From positions 146,273 through 210,272 of the forward strand of contig OZ245010.1 of NCBI GenBank assembly GCA_965223735.1: a DNA stretch of 64,000 nucleotides. The letters run 5' to 3'. The position numbers were made by a program, and so were the translations under genes. The notes below the pieces were generated by a model. It did not search any database. It was not told the origin of the DNA and worked only from the letters and a program-made list of their open reading frames with translations. This document shows, piece after piece, positions 47,995-56,691 of this stretch. Each line of letters starts with the position of its first letter. Position 1 is the stretch's first letter. The DNA comes from Candidatus Oxydemutatoraceae bacterium. GTDB lineage: Bacteria > Pseudomonadota > Gammaproteobacteria > Poriferisulfidales > Oxydemutatoraceae.

Positions 47995-48948
47995 ATGCCG
48001 GTTGAGCCAATCCACGTCGTGCTGGGTGTCATCGTACGCGATGGGCGGGTGCTGGTCGCATGGCGCGACCGCCGGCGCCATCAAGGCGGATGCCTAGAGT
48101 TTCCCGGCGGCAAGGTCGAGCCGGGGGAGTCGCCGGAGCAGGCGCTGCACCGCGAACTGATGGAGGAGGTCGGAGTTGACGCCGAGGTCGGCGCGCCGGT
48201 CATCCGCCTCAGCCATGACTACGGCGACCGCAGGCTGTTGCTCGACGTACGCGAGGCGTACATCGACGTTGATCCGGCAGCCGCCGAAGGCCGGGTGATC
48301 GAGTGGCGTCCGATCGGGGCTTTGTCGCCGCACGAATTCCCGCCCGCAAACCGCGCGATTCTGAACGCGCTTAAATTGCCGCATGAATACGCGATCACGC
48401 TGGCGTCTCCGCCTGAAGCGAGGTCGGCCGCGTCGGTCGCATCGCTCGAACGCCATTTTGAGCAACTGCTCGCGAACGGTGTTCGCCTGGTCGTGTTGCG
48501 GGCGAAAGGTCTGGACGACGAATATCACCGACCGCTTGCACGGCGTCTTGCCGGGCGGGCACGTGCGGCGAAAACGCAACTGTTGCTGCACGACCGGCCC
48601 GGGCAGGTCGAGGCGCTCGGCGCGGCCGGCGTTCATCTGAGTCAGGCGGCGTTCGCGCAAGTCGGGAATATGCGGCCGGTGTCGTCCGACCGTTGGTTTG
48701 CAGTGTCGTGTCATGACGCCGATGAAGTGCGCCACGCCGAAGCCGCGGGTGCCGACTTCTGCGTGCTTGGCCCGGTCAGGGCGACGCCTGGTCACGAAGC
48801 GCCGCTTGAGTTCAGCGCTTTCGGGAACATCGTCGCGCGCGCGAACATACCGATTTATGCACTGGGCGGGATGGAGCGCGAAGATCTTGCTGAAGCGCGT
48901 GCATACGGTGCTCAGGGCATTGCCGGCATTCGTTGCTTTGCCATGTGA
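47995..48948 (+). CDS. mutT: Nudix hydrolase (MutT-like) fused to a thiamine-phosphate-synthase/TenI-like domain
   Basis: Nudix box GGKVEPGESPEQALHRELMEEVGV lies in the N-terminal third. The C-terminal TIM-barrel-like part has VSCHD...GADFCVLGPV...IPIYALGGM. Confidence 0.8.
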   Translation: MPVEPIHVVLGVIVRDGRVLVAWRDRRRHQGGCLEFPGGKVEPGESPEQALHRELMEEVGVDAEVGAPVIRLSHDYGDRRLLLDVREAYIDVDPAAAEGRVIEWRPIGALSPHEFPPANRAILNALKLPHEYAITLASPPEARSAASVASLERHFEQLLANGVRLVVLRAKGLDDEYHRPLARRLAGRARAAKTQLLLHDRPGQVEALGAAGVHLSQAAFAQVGNMRPVSSDRWFAVSCHDADEVRHAEAAGADFCVLGPVRATPGHEAPLEFSAFGNIVARANIPIYALGGMEREDLAEARAYGAQGIAGIRCFAM

Positions 48949-48996
48949 TAGGCTTGAACCGTGTCGAATCGTTCACACAGCGATGATGATTTATTA

Positions 48997-49258
48997 GGGA
49001 ATTATGTACATCAATCTACAAATCGCGTATAAGTTGACAGCATATAAATCCGCTAATGAAAATACACCGGACAACCCGCTACCGCCTGCACTCCCGGACA
49101 CGCGCGTGTGCTCATCATGACAACGCGGATATTAACGCCGCGTTGAATATCCCGGCCTCCAGGAATGAGGCTTCCGGACGTGGGGGCGGCGGGGTTACCC
49201 GGCCTGTGAAACGTCAAATGGGTACTCAAGTCCTTGTGGATTTAAGTATATAATTCCC
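48997..49258 (+). mobile_element. Degenerate IS remnant (IS200/IS605-type tnpB 3' end) bounded by short inverted repeats
   Basis: GGGAATTAT (48997-49005) is the reverse complement of ATAATTCCC (49250-49258). The interior has lower G+C and contains the TnpB-like fragment below. Confidence 0.5.
49056..49253 (+). pseudogene. TnpB (OrfB) C-terminal fragment
   Basis: The 65-aa ORF contains HHDNADINAALNI, which resembles the RuvC-III D(R)DxNAAxNI motif at the extreme C-terminus of TnpB/IS605 OrfB. The rest of the ~400-aa protein is missing. Confidence 0.5.
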
Positions 49259-49263
49259 ATCTA

Positions 49264-50712
49264 TTGAAAGGTTCAATCAGCAATTCATATTCCGGCGGCG
49301 TCCAGGCTGGTCGTCGGGGTCTGCAGCAAGACCGGCTCGCCGGCGCCGCGTTTTCGGGGTTCACCCCGGACGCTTCCGCGCGCGGGGCTGACGCGGAGCT
49401 GGAAGGCCGGCGCGCGTGTCTGCTGTCCGTGGATTTCGGGCGACGTCTGCGCGATGATGCGCCGCCGCTCAGGGAATTTATCGAACTCGCAAAAGGCGCC
49501 GGCGTCGAGATCTGCGATCTATACCGCGTCCACCGCGCACGTCCTGCGCCCCGCTACTTCATCGGCAGCGGCAAGGCCGAGGAAATCCGGTGCCGTTTTG
49601 AGCAAAATGGCGTCAGGTTGCTGATTGTCAATCACGACCTGTCGCCGAGCCAGGAACGCAACCTGGAACAACTGTGCCGTGCGCGTGTGCTCGACCGCAG
49701 CGGGCTGATCCTCGACATCTTTTCGCAGCGTGCGCGTTCGCACGAAGGCAAGTTGCAGGTTGAACTCGCGCAACTCGACTACCTCTCGACGCGCCTGGTG
49801 CGCGGCTGGAGCCATCTCGAACGGCAGAAGGGCGGCATCGGTCTGCGCGGTCCGGGTGAGAAGCAGTTGGAAACCGACCGCCGCCTGATCGGCAAACGCA
49901 TGGCTGAGATCGGCAAGCGCCTTAACCGCATCAAATCGCACCGGCGCTTGGGACGGCGGATGCGCAGCAAGCACAATCTGCCGACGATCGCGCTGGTCGG
50001 TTACACCAACGCTGGCAAGACCGCGTTGTTCAATTCGCTGACGGCGTCGTCGGCCTATTCCGCCGACCAGCTGTTCGCGACACTCGACCCGATGATGCGT
50101 CGGCTCGAACTCGGCGGCGGCGCCGGGGCCGGCAATGGGACGGGAAGCGGCGCCGTGACCATGGTGCTCAGCGACACGGTCGGTTTTATTTCAGATCTGC
50201 CACATACCTTGATCGAGGCGTTTAACGCGACCCTGCTCGAAGTGTGCGAAGCCGATCTGCTGCTGCACGTGGTGGATGCCGCCGACGCCGAGCACGCCGA
50301 GTATCAGCGCGAAGTTGAGCGGGTGCTGCATACAATCGGCGCACACGATATCCCGTGTCTGACTGTGTTCAATAAATCTGACTTGACGCAGCGACCGGCG
50401 GCGGTCGTGCGCGACGGCGAAGGACGGCCGGTGTCGGTGACATTGTCGGCGTACACCGGCGAAGGTGTGGAGGCGTTGAAGCGTGCGCTTGCCGAACTCG
50501 TGGCGCCGCGCACGCGCTGTTATGAGGCGCGAATTCCGGCGGACGGCGGAGGGTTGCGCTCCTTCGCCTACGCCAGCGGCGAAGTGGTGCGCGAGGAGTA
50601 TCTGTGCGGAGAAGGCTGGTACCTGCAATTGCGTCTCGCGGACAATGCCGCGGGCGGTCTGCTCAAGCGCGCCGGCGAGCTCGGGTGCGCGCTGGAGTTG
50701 TCGGAATTGTGA
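49264..50712 (+). CDS. hflX: GTPase HflX
   Basis: HflX N-domain elements (RYFIGSGKAEEI, LSPSQERNLE, GGIGLRGPGEKQLE) are present. G motifs are GYTNAGKT, DTVGF and NKSD. The only upstream in-frame start is TTG 49264, 6 nt from the IS remnant, so the first ~45 aa and the start are uncertain. Confidence 0.85.
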   Translation: MKGSISNSYSGGVQAGRRGLQQDRLAGAAFSGFTPDASARGADAELEGRRACLLSVDFGRRLRDDAPPLREFIELAKGAGVEICDLYRVHRARPAPRYFIGSGKAEEIRCRFEQNGVRLLIVNHDLSPSQERNLEQLCRARVLDRSGLILDIFSQRARSHEGKLQVELAQLDYLSTRLVRGWSHLERQKGGIGLRGPGEKQLETDRRLIGKRMAEIGKRLNRIKSHRRLGRRMRSKHNLPTIALVGYTNAGKTALFNSLTASSAYSADQLFATLDPMMRRLELGGGAGAGNGTGSGAVTMVLSDTVGFISDLPHTLIEAFNATLLEVCEADLLLHVVDAADAEHAEYQREVERVLHTIGAHDIPCLTVFNKSDLTQRPAAVVRDGEGRPVSVTLSAYTGEGVEALKRALAELVAPRTRCYEARIPADGGGLRSFAYASGEVVREEYLCGEGWYLQLRLADNAAGGLLKRAGELGCALELSEL

Positions 50713-50775
50713 AGCGGTGTCGGCGGCACTTTCATTCTCAGATCATCTCAGGCTGAACACGCGCCTTTTACCGGC

Positions 50776-50821
50776 AGAGATTGAATGCCGATAACGTTAG
50801 AGATTGAATGCCGATAACGTT
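50776..50821 (+). repeat. Perfect 23-bp tandem duplication
   Basis: AGAGATTGAATGCCGATAACGTT at 50776-50798 is repeated exactly at 50799-50821, in the hflX/PP2C intergenic region. Confidence 0.95.
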
Positions 50822-50895
50822 ATTGAGTTTTCCTGTCTGTGTTCATCTGTGTCATCTGCGGACAATTTTGCTGAGCTGATCAACCTGCAAGCGCC

Positions 50896-51672
50896 ATGAT
50901 TGCAACCCGACAATACGCGGCGGGCCAGATTCTCGGTGAGCGCCGCGAGCAGCAGGACGCTTTCGCGGTTTATGACGAAGCGGCCGAACTGGGGCCGGAG
51001 AAACCTCATCTGCTGCTTTTGCTGGCCGACGGCATGGGAGGGCATGTCGGCGGGGCTGTTGCCGGTTCGATGGCGGTGCAGGCATTTATGGATCATTACA
51101 GGCAAGCCGGGGGATCGGTCGGCGATCGTTTGCGCGGCAGTCTGGAGGAGGCCAACGGCGCTTTGGCCGCTGCCGTTCGCAAGTCGCCCGAATTGAGCAG
51201 CATGGGGTGCACGCTGGTCGGTGTAACAATCACCGACGCGGGTATTGAATGGGTCAGCGTGGGAGACAGTCCGCTCTGGCTTCTCGGGAAAGAACGCATG
51301 CGCCGCCTCAACGCCGACCATTCGCTGGCGCCTGCATTGGCTGCGATGGTGGAGGCGGGTAAGATGACCGCCGAGGAAGCCGCCGCCGACAGGCGGCGCC
51401 ACATCCTGCAATCAGCAGTGATGGGGGACGCGCTCAGGATCGTCGATCAATCCTCTCGGCCGGTGCTCCTTCGGGGAACGCACGATAAGCTGATCCTGGC
51501 CAGCGACGGGCTGGAGACGCTTTCCGACGGGGAGATCGCCTCGATCGCCATCGAGGAAAACTCTCCGCGGGCTTGTGTGAATTTACTGCTGGATGCGGTT
51601 CAGAAGAAAGCGAAGCGGGGACAGGACAATACTTCGGTTGTCGTTTTCGCCCCGAACTCTGTTGACAAATAA
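50896..51672 (+). CDS. PP2C-family Ser/Thr protein phosphatase
   Basis: Motifs QDAF, LLLLADGMGGH, LILASDGL and DNTSVVVF are present. Confidence 0.8.
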   Translation: MIATRQYAAGQILGERREQQDAFAVYDEAAELGPEKPHLLLLLADGMGGHVGGAVAGSMAVQAFMDHYRQAGGSVGDRLRGSLEEANGALAAAVRKSPELSSMGCTLVGVTITDAGIEWVSVGDSPLWLLGKERMRRLNADHSLAPALAAMVEAGKMTAEEAAADRRRHILQSAVMGDALRIVDQSSRPVLLRGTHDKLILASDGLETLSDGEIASIAIEENSPRACVNLLLDAVQKKAKRGQDNTSVVVFAPNSVDK

Positions 51673-52282
51673 GCTCTTCCGCATTGTGTTGGGTTTTGAC
51701 GGGAAGTGGCCATTCGGCATTCCGGATAACCTGCCAACGTATGGAAAACAGCGTCGATGGGGGTGCTTATGAGATAGCCTTGGCTGATACCGGCGCTCCC
51801 GGCGATCAGCGGCCGGGGCATTTCAAGGTGGCTGTTCCCACGGCGTCGAGCAGGGCCGGCCCATCGCTGACGTTCAATTGGCCGACGCCGGCGTCGGCGC
51901 CCGACCAGCAACTTCGCTGCCAACATGCCTGTTGCGTGCGGCATGAATCAGCGTGTGTCGCCGAAGCAGTCGTGCGACCTGATCGATGCGCCGCGTTCAG
52001 GCAACGCCCTGGTCTCGTTCAGGTTCCCGTCGCATGCTGCCTCGGGCCGGCGGAAATTTGCCGGATGTTTCCGGCGCAGGTCACGTTCATCGGCAGCAGC
52101 AGGGGGGGGCATATTTTTCTGCAGTGTTTCGTGCATCGTGCGCGTCGGGGTTGCGGCAAACAGGCGGGGCATATTGCTTTCCGAATCTCCATCCGTCATG
52201 TATGGCAGGGTTGCTTCAAGCCCCGATATTCGGCCCAGTCGAAATACTTTATCGGTTATTTATGTGCCGTGGCCGCCGGGAG

Positions 52283-53287
52283 TCACGCCCCGGTCAGCGT
52301 TTTGACATGGACGGTTGCCGATTTCGCCAATCCCGGCAGGTTGTAACCCCCTTCTAGCACTGACACCAAACGCCCTTTGCAGTGCCGGTCGGCGATGTCC
52401 ATCACCATTTTTGTCAGCGCGACAAAGCCGTCGTCGGTAATGTCGAAGCACCCCAGCGTATCGTCCTTGCGGCTGTCGAAGCCGGCGGAGACAACCACCA
52501 GGTCGGGACTGAAAGACTTCAGTGTCGGCAGCAGATACCGGTCGAATGCCGTCAGAATGTCGCGGTCGTCGGCGCCACAGTCGAGATGGACGTTGACGTT
52601 GTAGCCTTCGCCTTTGCCCGCGCCCCGGCGACGCGGGTCGCCGGTGCCGGGATAAGCCCGGTGGTCGTGCGTTGAGAAGAACAATACCGACGGGTCCTCG
52701 TAGAAAGCCGCTTCGGTGCCGTTGCCGTGATGATAATCCCAGTCAACGATCAGTATTCTCTCCAGACCGTAAGCCACCTGAGCGTGGCGTGCTGCGATCG
52801 CCACCGTGTTGTAGAAACAGAACCCTCTCTCCTTTCCGGTGTTCAGGGCGTGGTGGCCGGGCGGGCGGGTGACGCAGAAGGCGTTGTCGAGCCGGCCTTT
52901 GCACACGGCGTCGATCGCCGCGACACCCGCAGCGGCGGCGGTCATCGCCACCTTGTGGCTATGCCCGTAGCGTCGCCTGACCGAGGCAAGGTGTGCGTCG
53001 GTATGAATGTGCAGCACCTGCGGCTCGACCTGGTCGAGCGGTTTGATCCCGATGGTTTTCTGAAGCAGGCCGTGTTGTGCAAGGCTTTCCATGATCCTGC
53101 TGAAGCGCTGGGGCGACTCCGGATGTCCCGGTTCGAGCCAATGCTCGAGGAACAGCGGATCATAGGCGAGCCCGGTACGGGCCGGCTTTACATGAGGCCG
53201 GTCGGGCCGGGCAGATGTCCCTGCGGTAGAAGCGTCGCCGAGCATCAGCCCGGAGATCATTCCAAGAAAATCTCTTCTGTTCATCAA
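52283..53287 (-). CDS. Histone deacetylase-family (HDAC/acetylpolyamine amidohydrolase-like) enzyme with twin-arginine signal peptide
   Basis: The N-terminus MMNRRDFLGMISGLMLGDASTAG carries a Tat motif (RRxFL). Catalytic and zinc motifs are RPPGHHA, DWDYHHGNGT, SAGFDS and EGGY. Confidence 0.85.
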   Translation of the reverse strand: MMNRRDFLGMISGLMLGDASTAGTSARPDRPHVKPARTGLAYDPLFLEHWLEPGHPESPQRFSRIMESLAQHGLLQKTIGIKPLDQVEPQVLHIHTDAHLASVRRRYGHSHKVAMTAAAAGVAAIDAVCKGRLDNAFCVTRPPGHHALNTGKERGFCFYNTVAIAARHAQVAYGLERILIVDWDYHHGNGTEAAFYEDPSVLFFSTHDHRAYPGTGDPRRRGAGKGEGYNVNVHLDCGADDRDILTAFDRYLLPTLKSFSPDLVVVSAGFDSRKDDTLGCFDITDDGFVALTKMVMDIADRHCKGRLVSVLEGGYNLPGLAKSATVHVKTLTGA

Positions 53288-53584
53288 GGTTCATTATCCC
53301 GCTGTGGATCAGGAGTGTTTTCAAACAGCCCACTCAGGCGGGATGTCATTCATAAACATGATACGCCCGATAGTTTTATTTTATCGGATCAACTGCGGTT
53401 GCCTGTTGCGGCCCCGGCGATTGGTGTCATCAGGCGGCGCCCGTTGGGATCAATGCCTTCATAAAGCCGGATCAGCCCGAGGCAGCAGATATTCGGCGTC
53501 ATGCAAAATCAGTTAATGTATAGTTTGTACTGGCCTTATTCATTATTCATTCAGGCCCAATTTCCTACGACAGGAGGGCGCACC

Positions 53585-55288
53585 GTGGCAGGTCTGCTAT
53601 CCAAGGAACGTATTGTCGCCGGCCCGGGCTTCAACCGCTGGCGGGTGCCGCCGGCATCCGTTGCGATTCATCTGTGCATCGGCTCGGTTTACGCTTGGAG
53701 CATCTACAACCCGGCGTTGATCAAGGTGCTCGGTGTCGCGACCAGCGCGGCGGACGACTGGAACTTGCGCGAAGTGGTCTGGATCTTCACGGTGTCGATC
53801 GTGTGCCTGGGATTTGCAGCGGCGTTTGCCGGCAGGTGGCTCGAAACCGTGGGGCCGCGCAAGGTCGGCGTGATGGCGGCTTGTCTCTGGGGTGGCGGTT
53901 ATATTGTCGGCGGCATCGGCATTACGCTGCATCAGTTATGGCTGGTTTATCTGGGCTATGGCGTAATCGGCGGTTGCGGTCTGGGGCTCGGCTACGTCTC
54001 TCCGGTGGGCACCCTGATCCGCTGGTTCCCGGACCGGCGCGGTATGGCCACCGGGATGGCAATCATGGGGTTCGGGGGAGGCGCCATGATCGGGGCGCCG
54101 CTGAAGGAGTTTTTGATCAAGCTTTTCTACGAGGCGCCTCAATACTTGGGAACGGTTGATGTGGTCAATCTGGTTACCCGTCTGGGTCGTCGGTTTGCTG
54201 AGGTCGGCGGAGAACTCAGGGAAGTCGTCGTGGTGGGGGCCAACGAGGCGGCGCAGATGGTGGTGCCCGGGGCCGAAGGAGTTTATGTGGTGGGCACCGG
54301 TTCGGTCGGAGTGGCGCAGACTTTTTTCCTGATCGGGCTGATCTACTTCCTGGTGATGATGATCGCGGCGTTCGCGTATCGCGTCCCGGCGCCGGGTTGG
54401 CGACCTGAGGGATGGGAGCCGCCGAATGAGGAAATGGCGGCGCGGCGAATGATCAGTCACAACGACGTCGATATTGATCAGGTGTTGAAAACCCCGCAGT
54501 TTTATCAGCTGTGGGTCATTCTGTGTTTTAACGTTACCGCCGGCATCGGGGTTATCGGCGTTGCCAAGACCATGATGAGCGAGATCTTCGGCACGACATT
54601 GCCCGGCATCGTTGACGGCGCGTTTGCCGCCACTTATGTTTTGATGATCAGCGTGTTCAACATGGTGGGGCGTTTTATATGGGCGAGCGCGTCCGACAAG
54701 CTGGGGCGGCGAAACACCTACTGGATATTTTTCGCGGTCGGGATTTTGCTGTATCTGTCGATCCCGTTGACCGCGCAGCAGGTGAACCTTCATCCCTCGG
54801 TCTTCTGGCTGGTGGTTTTTTACGCGGCGACCATGATCATCTTTACTTTCTACGGCGGCGGTTTTGCAACAATCCCGGCGTACCTTGCCGATCTGTTCGG
54901 CATCCGCTACGTTGGCGGCATCCACGGGCGCCTGTTGACCGCGTGGAGCGTCGCCGGCGTCATCGGTCCGTTGGCGATCACTTCACTCAGGAACAACACG
55001 ATGTTGAGCGAGATCCGTACAATGGTCGGGAAGATCTCGCCGAAAAAATTCATTGAAACTTTCGGCACCGGAGTTGAAGAATTGGAAATACTGGTCGAAA
55101 GCAAAACCGTGACGATTGCAAAACTTATGGAGATTGCACCGCCCGGCACGGTTGACCCGACGCCTTCGTTGTATAACACGACAATGTATTTGATGGCGAC
55201 GTTGTTGTTCATTGCCCTGATCAGCAACGCCCTGATGAAGCCGGTGCACGGGAAACATCACATCAAAGAACTGATCCCCGGCGAGTGA
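53585..55288 (+). CDS. MFS transporter, oxalate/formate antiporter (OFA)-like family
   Basis: AGGAGGG RBS lies 6 nt upstream of GTG 53585. NRWRVPPASVAIHLCIGSVYAWSIY is typical of the OFA N-terminus. The protein has about 12 TM segments with a long central loop. Confidence 0.75.
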   Translation: MAGLLSKERIVAGPGFNRWRVPPASVAIHLCIGSVYAWSIYNPALIKVLGVATSAADDWNLREVVWIFTVSIVCLGFAAAFAGRWLETVGPRKVGVMAACLWGGGYIVGGIGITLHQLWLVYLGYGVIGGCGLGLGYVSPVGTLIRWFPDRRGMATGMAIMGFGGGAMIGAPLKEFLIKLFYEAPQYLGTVDVVNLVTRLGRRFAEVGGELREVVVVGANEAAQMVVPGAEGVYVVGTGSVGVAQTFFLIGLIYFLVMMIAAFAYRVPAPGWRPEGWEPPNEEMAARRMISHNDVDIDQVLKTPQFYQLWVILCFNVTAGIGVIGVAKTMMSEIFGTTLPGIVDGAFAATYVLMISVFNMVGRFIWASASDKLGRRNTYWIFFAVGILLYLSIPLTAQQVNLHPSVFWLVVFYAATMIIFTFYGGGFATIPAYLADLFGIRYVGGIHGRLLTAWSVAGVIGPLAITSLRNNTMLSEIRTMVGKISPKKFIETFGTGVEELEILVESKTVTIAKLMEIAPPGTVDPTPSLYNTTMYLMATLLFIALISNALMKPVHGKHHIKELIPGE

Positions 55289-55366
55289 ATTTCCGCGCGA
55301 AGGGTTCCGCAATGCCCCTGTCATCCGAATGGAAGGCGGTTAGGGGGACAAAAGCCTGGCGAAAAC

Positions 55367-55394
55367 TTGAAGCGACGGCGTTTTTTGGTAGAAT
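55367..55394 (+). promoter_or_regulatory. Sigma70-type promoter candidate for hflK-hflC
   Basis: TTGAAG (55367-55372), a 16-nt spacer, then TGGTAGAAT (extended -10, hexamer 55389-55394), about 67 nt upstream of ATG 55461. Confidence 0.45.
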
Positions 55395-55460
55395 GTCACC
55401 TTTCCATCAAAATTGAACAAGCGCTGGTCAGAGCGCCTCTTTGAAATTTGGAGTGAACGA

Positions 55461-56687
55461 ATGCCTTGGAATCAGCCGGGTGGCGAGAACGGAGACCAAC
55501 GCAGACCGGACCGCGACCCCGGGCGCGGTCCCCGCCGTGATTCATGGGGCGGCGGTGATCAGCCGCCCGACCTCGATGAGATTTTCAGGAAACTGTTCGG
55601 CGGGTTGAATCGTCTGCTCGGTGGCGGTACGAGCGACGGCGGTGGTGGTGGTGGCAGACAGCGTGGCCCGCGCGGCAAATTCGGTTCACTCGGCACCAGC
55701 GCCGTGGTCATTATCATCCTGGTGGTGTGGGCGCTGTCGGGCATCTACATCGTCGGCGAAGGAAATCGCGGCGTGGTTCTGCGCTTCGGAGCCTATCAAT
55801 ACATAACCACCCCCGGGCCCCATTGGCGTATTCCCTATCCGATTGAGACCGTCGAAAAGGTCGATGTTGACCGGGTCCGTTCGGCGCAGAACAAGACGCA
55901 CATGCTGACCGAGGACGAGAACATCGTCGATGTCGAATTGGCGACGCAATATCGCGTCAAGAACGCGGCGGATTATTTGTTCTATGTGCGTTTGCCCGAT
56001 GCGTTTGACACGTCGGTCAATCAATCTGAGGGCACTTTGTTCCAAGTGATGGAGAGCGCCTTGCGCGAGGTGGTCGGCAAGAGCGAGATGGACTTTGTTC
56101 TCGGCGAGGGACGCGCTGAGATTGCCGCAGGAATGCGGGATCTGATGCAGAAGACGCTCGACGATTACCGTTCCGGCCTTGAAGTGGTCAGCGTGAACCT
56201 GCAACAGTCGCAGCCGCCGCAGGCGGTGCAGGATGCATTCGCCGACGCGATCAAGGCGCGCGAGGATGAGATCCGTTTCATCAATGAAGCCGAAGCCTAT
56301 GCCAACGGCATTATTCCGCAGGCGCGCGGACAGGCGGCGCGGATGACCGAGGAGGCGACGGCTTATCGTGCGAAAGTAACCGCGAACTCCGAAGGTGAGG
56401 CCGACCGCTTTTTGAAGCTGTATGAGGAATACCGCAAGGCGCCGGAGGTTACGCGCGAGCGCCTGTACTTGCAGGCAGTCGAATCGGTGTTGTCGAACAG
56501 CAGCAAGGTTATGATGGACGTTGATGGCGGCAACAGCCTTTTCTATCTGCCGATTGACAAAATACTCGAGGGCAGGGACAGGACGACGGTGCCGGATGAC
56601 GCCTCGCAGCGCAACACCGGAGAGGCGCCGCCGCTCAGGGAGCGTGTGCAGTCGGGAGTCCAGCGGCTTCGCCAAGGCAGGAATTGA
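55461..56687 (+). CDS. hflK: FtsH protease modulator HflK
   Basis: N-terminus MPWNQPGG...DLDEIFRKL parallels E. coli HflK. A TM and an SPFH/band-7 domain are present. Confidence 0.9.
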   Translation: MPWNQPGGENGDQRRPDRDPGRGPRRDSWGGGDQPPDLDEIFRKLFGGLNRLLGGGTSDGGGGGGRQRGPRGKFGSLGTSAVVIIILVVWALSGIYIVGEGNRGVVLRFGAYQYITTPGPHWRIPYPIETVEKVDVDRVRSAQNKTHMLTEDENIVDVELATQYRVKNAADYLFYVRLPDAFDTSVNQSEGTLFQVMESALREVVGKSEMDFVLGEGRAEIAAGMRDLMQKTLDDYRSGLEVVSVNLQQSQPPQAVQDAFADAIKAREDEIRFINEAEAYANGIIPQARGQAARMTEEATAYRAKVTANSEGEADRFLKLYEEYRKAPEVTRERLYLQAVESVLSNSSKVMMDVDGGNSLFYLPIDKILEGRDRTTVPDDASQRNTGEAPPLRERVQSGVQRLRQGRN

Positions 56688-56691
56688 GCCT

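Noticed and set aside
49056-49253. Functional transposase/TnpB gene
   Set aside because: Only about 65 codons corresponding to the extreme C-terminus are present. The zinc-finger cysteines and the rest of the RuvC domain are missing. It is treated as a remnant.
51684-52346. 220-aa plus-strand ORF (and its overlapping siblings) as a real gene, or an FHA/kinase partner for the PP2C phosphatase
   Set aside because: Its composition is odd and Cys/Arg/His/Trp-rich, there is no RBS or motif, and it overlaps the 3' end of the HDAC gene. My manual translation of both strands showed no FHA-like or kinase-like pattern. The region is kept only as an unexplained gap.
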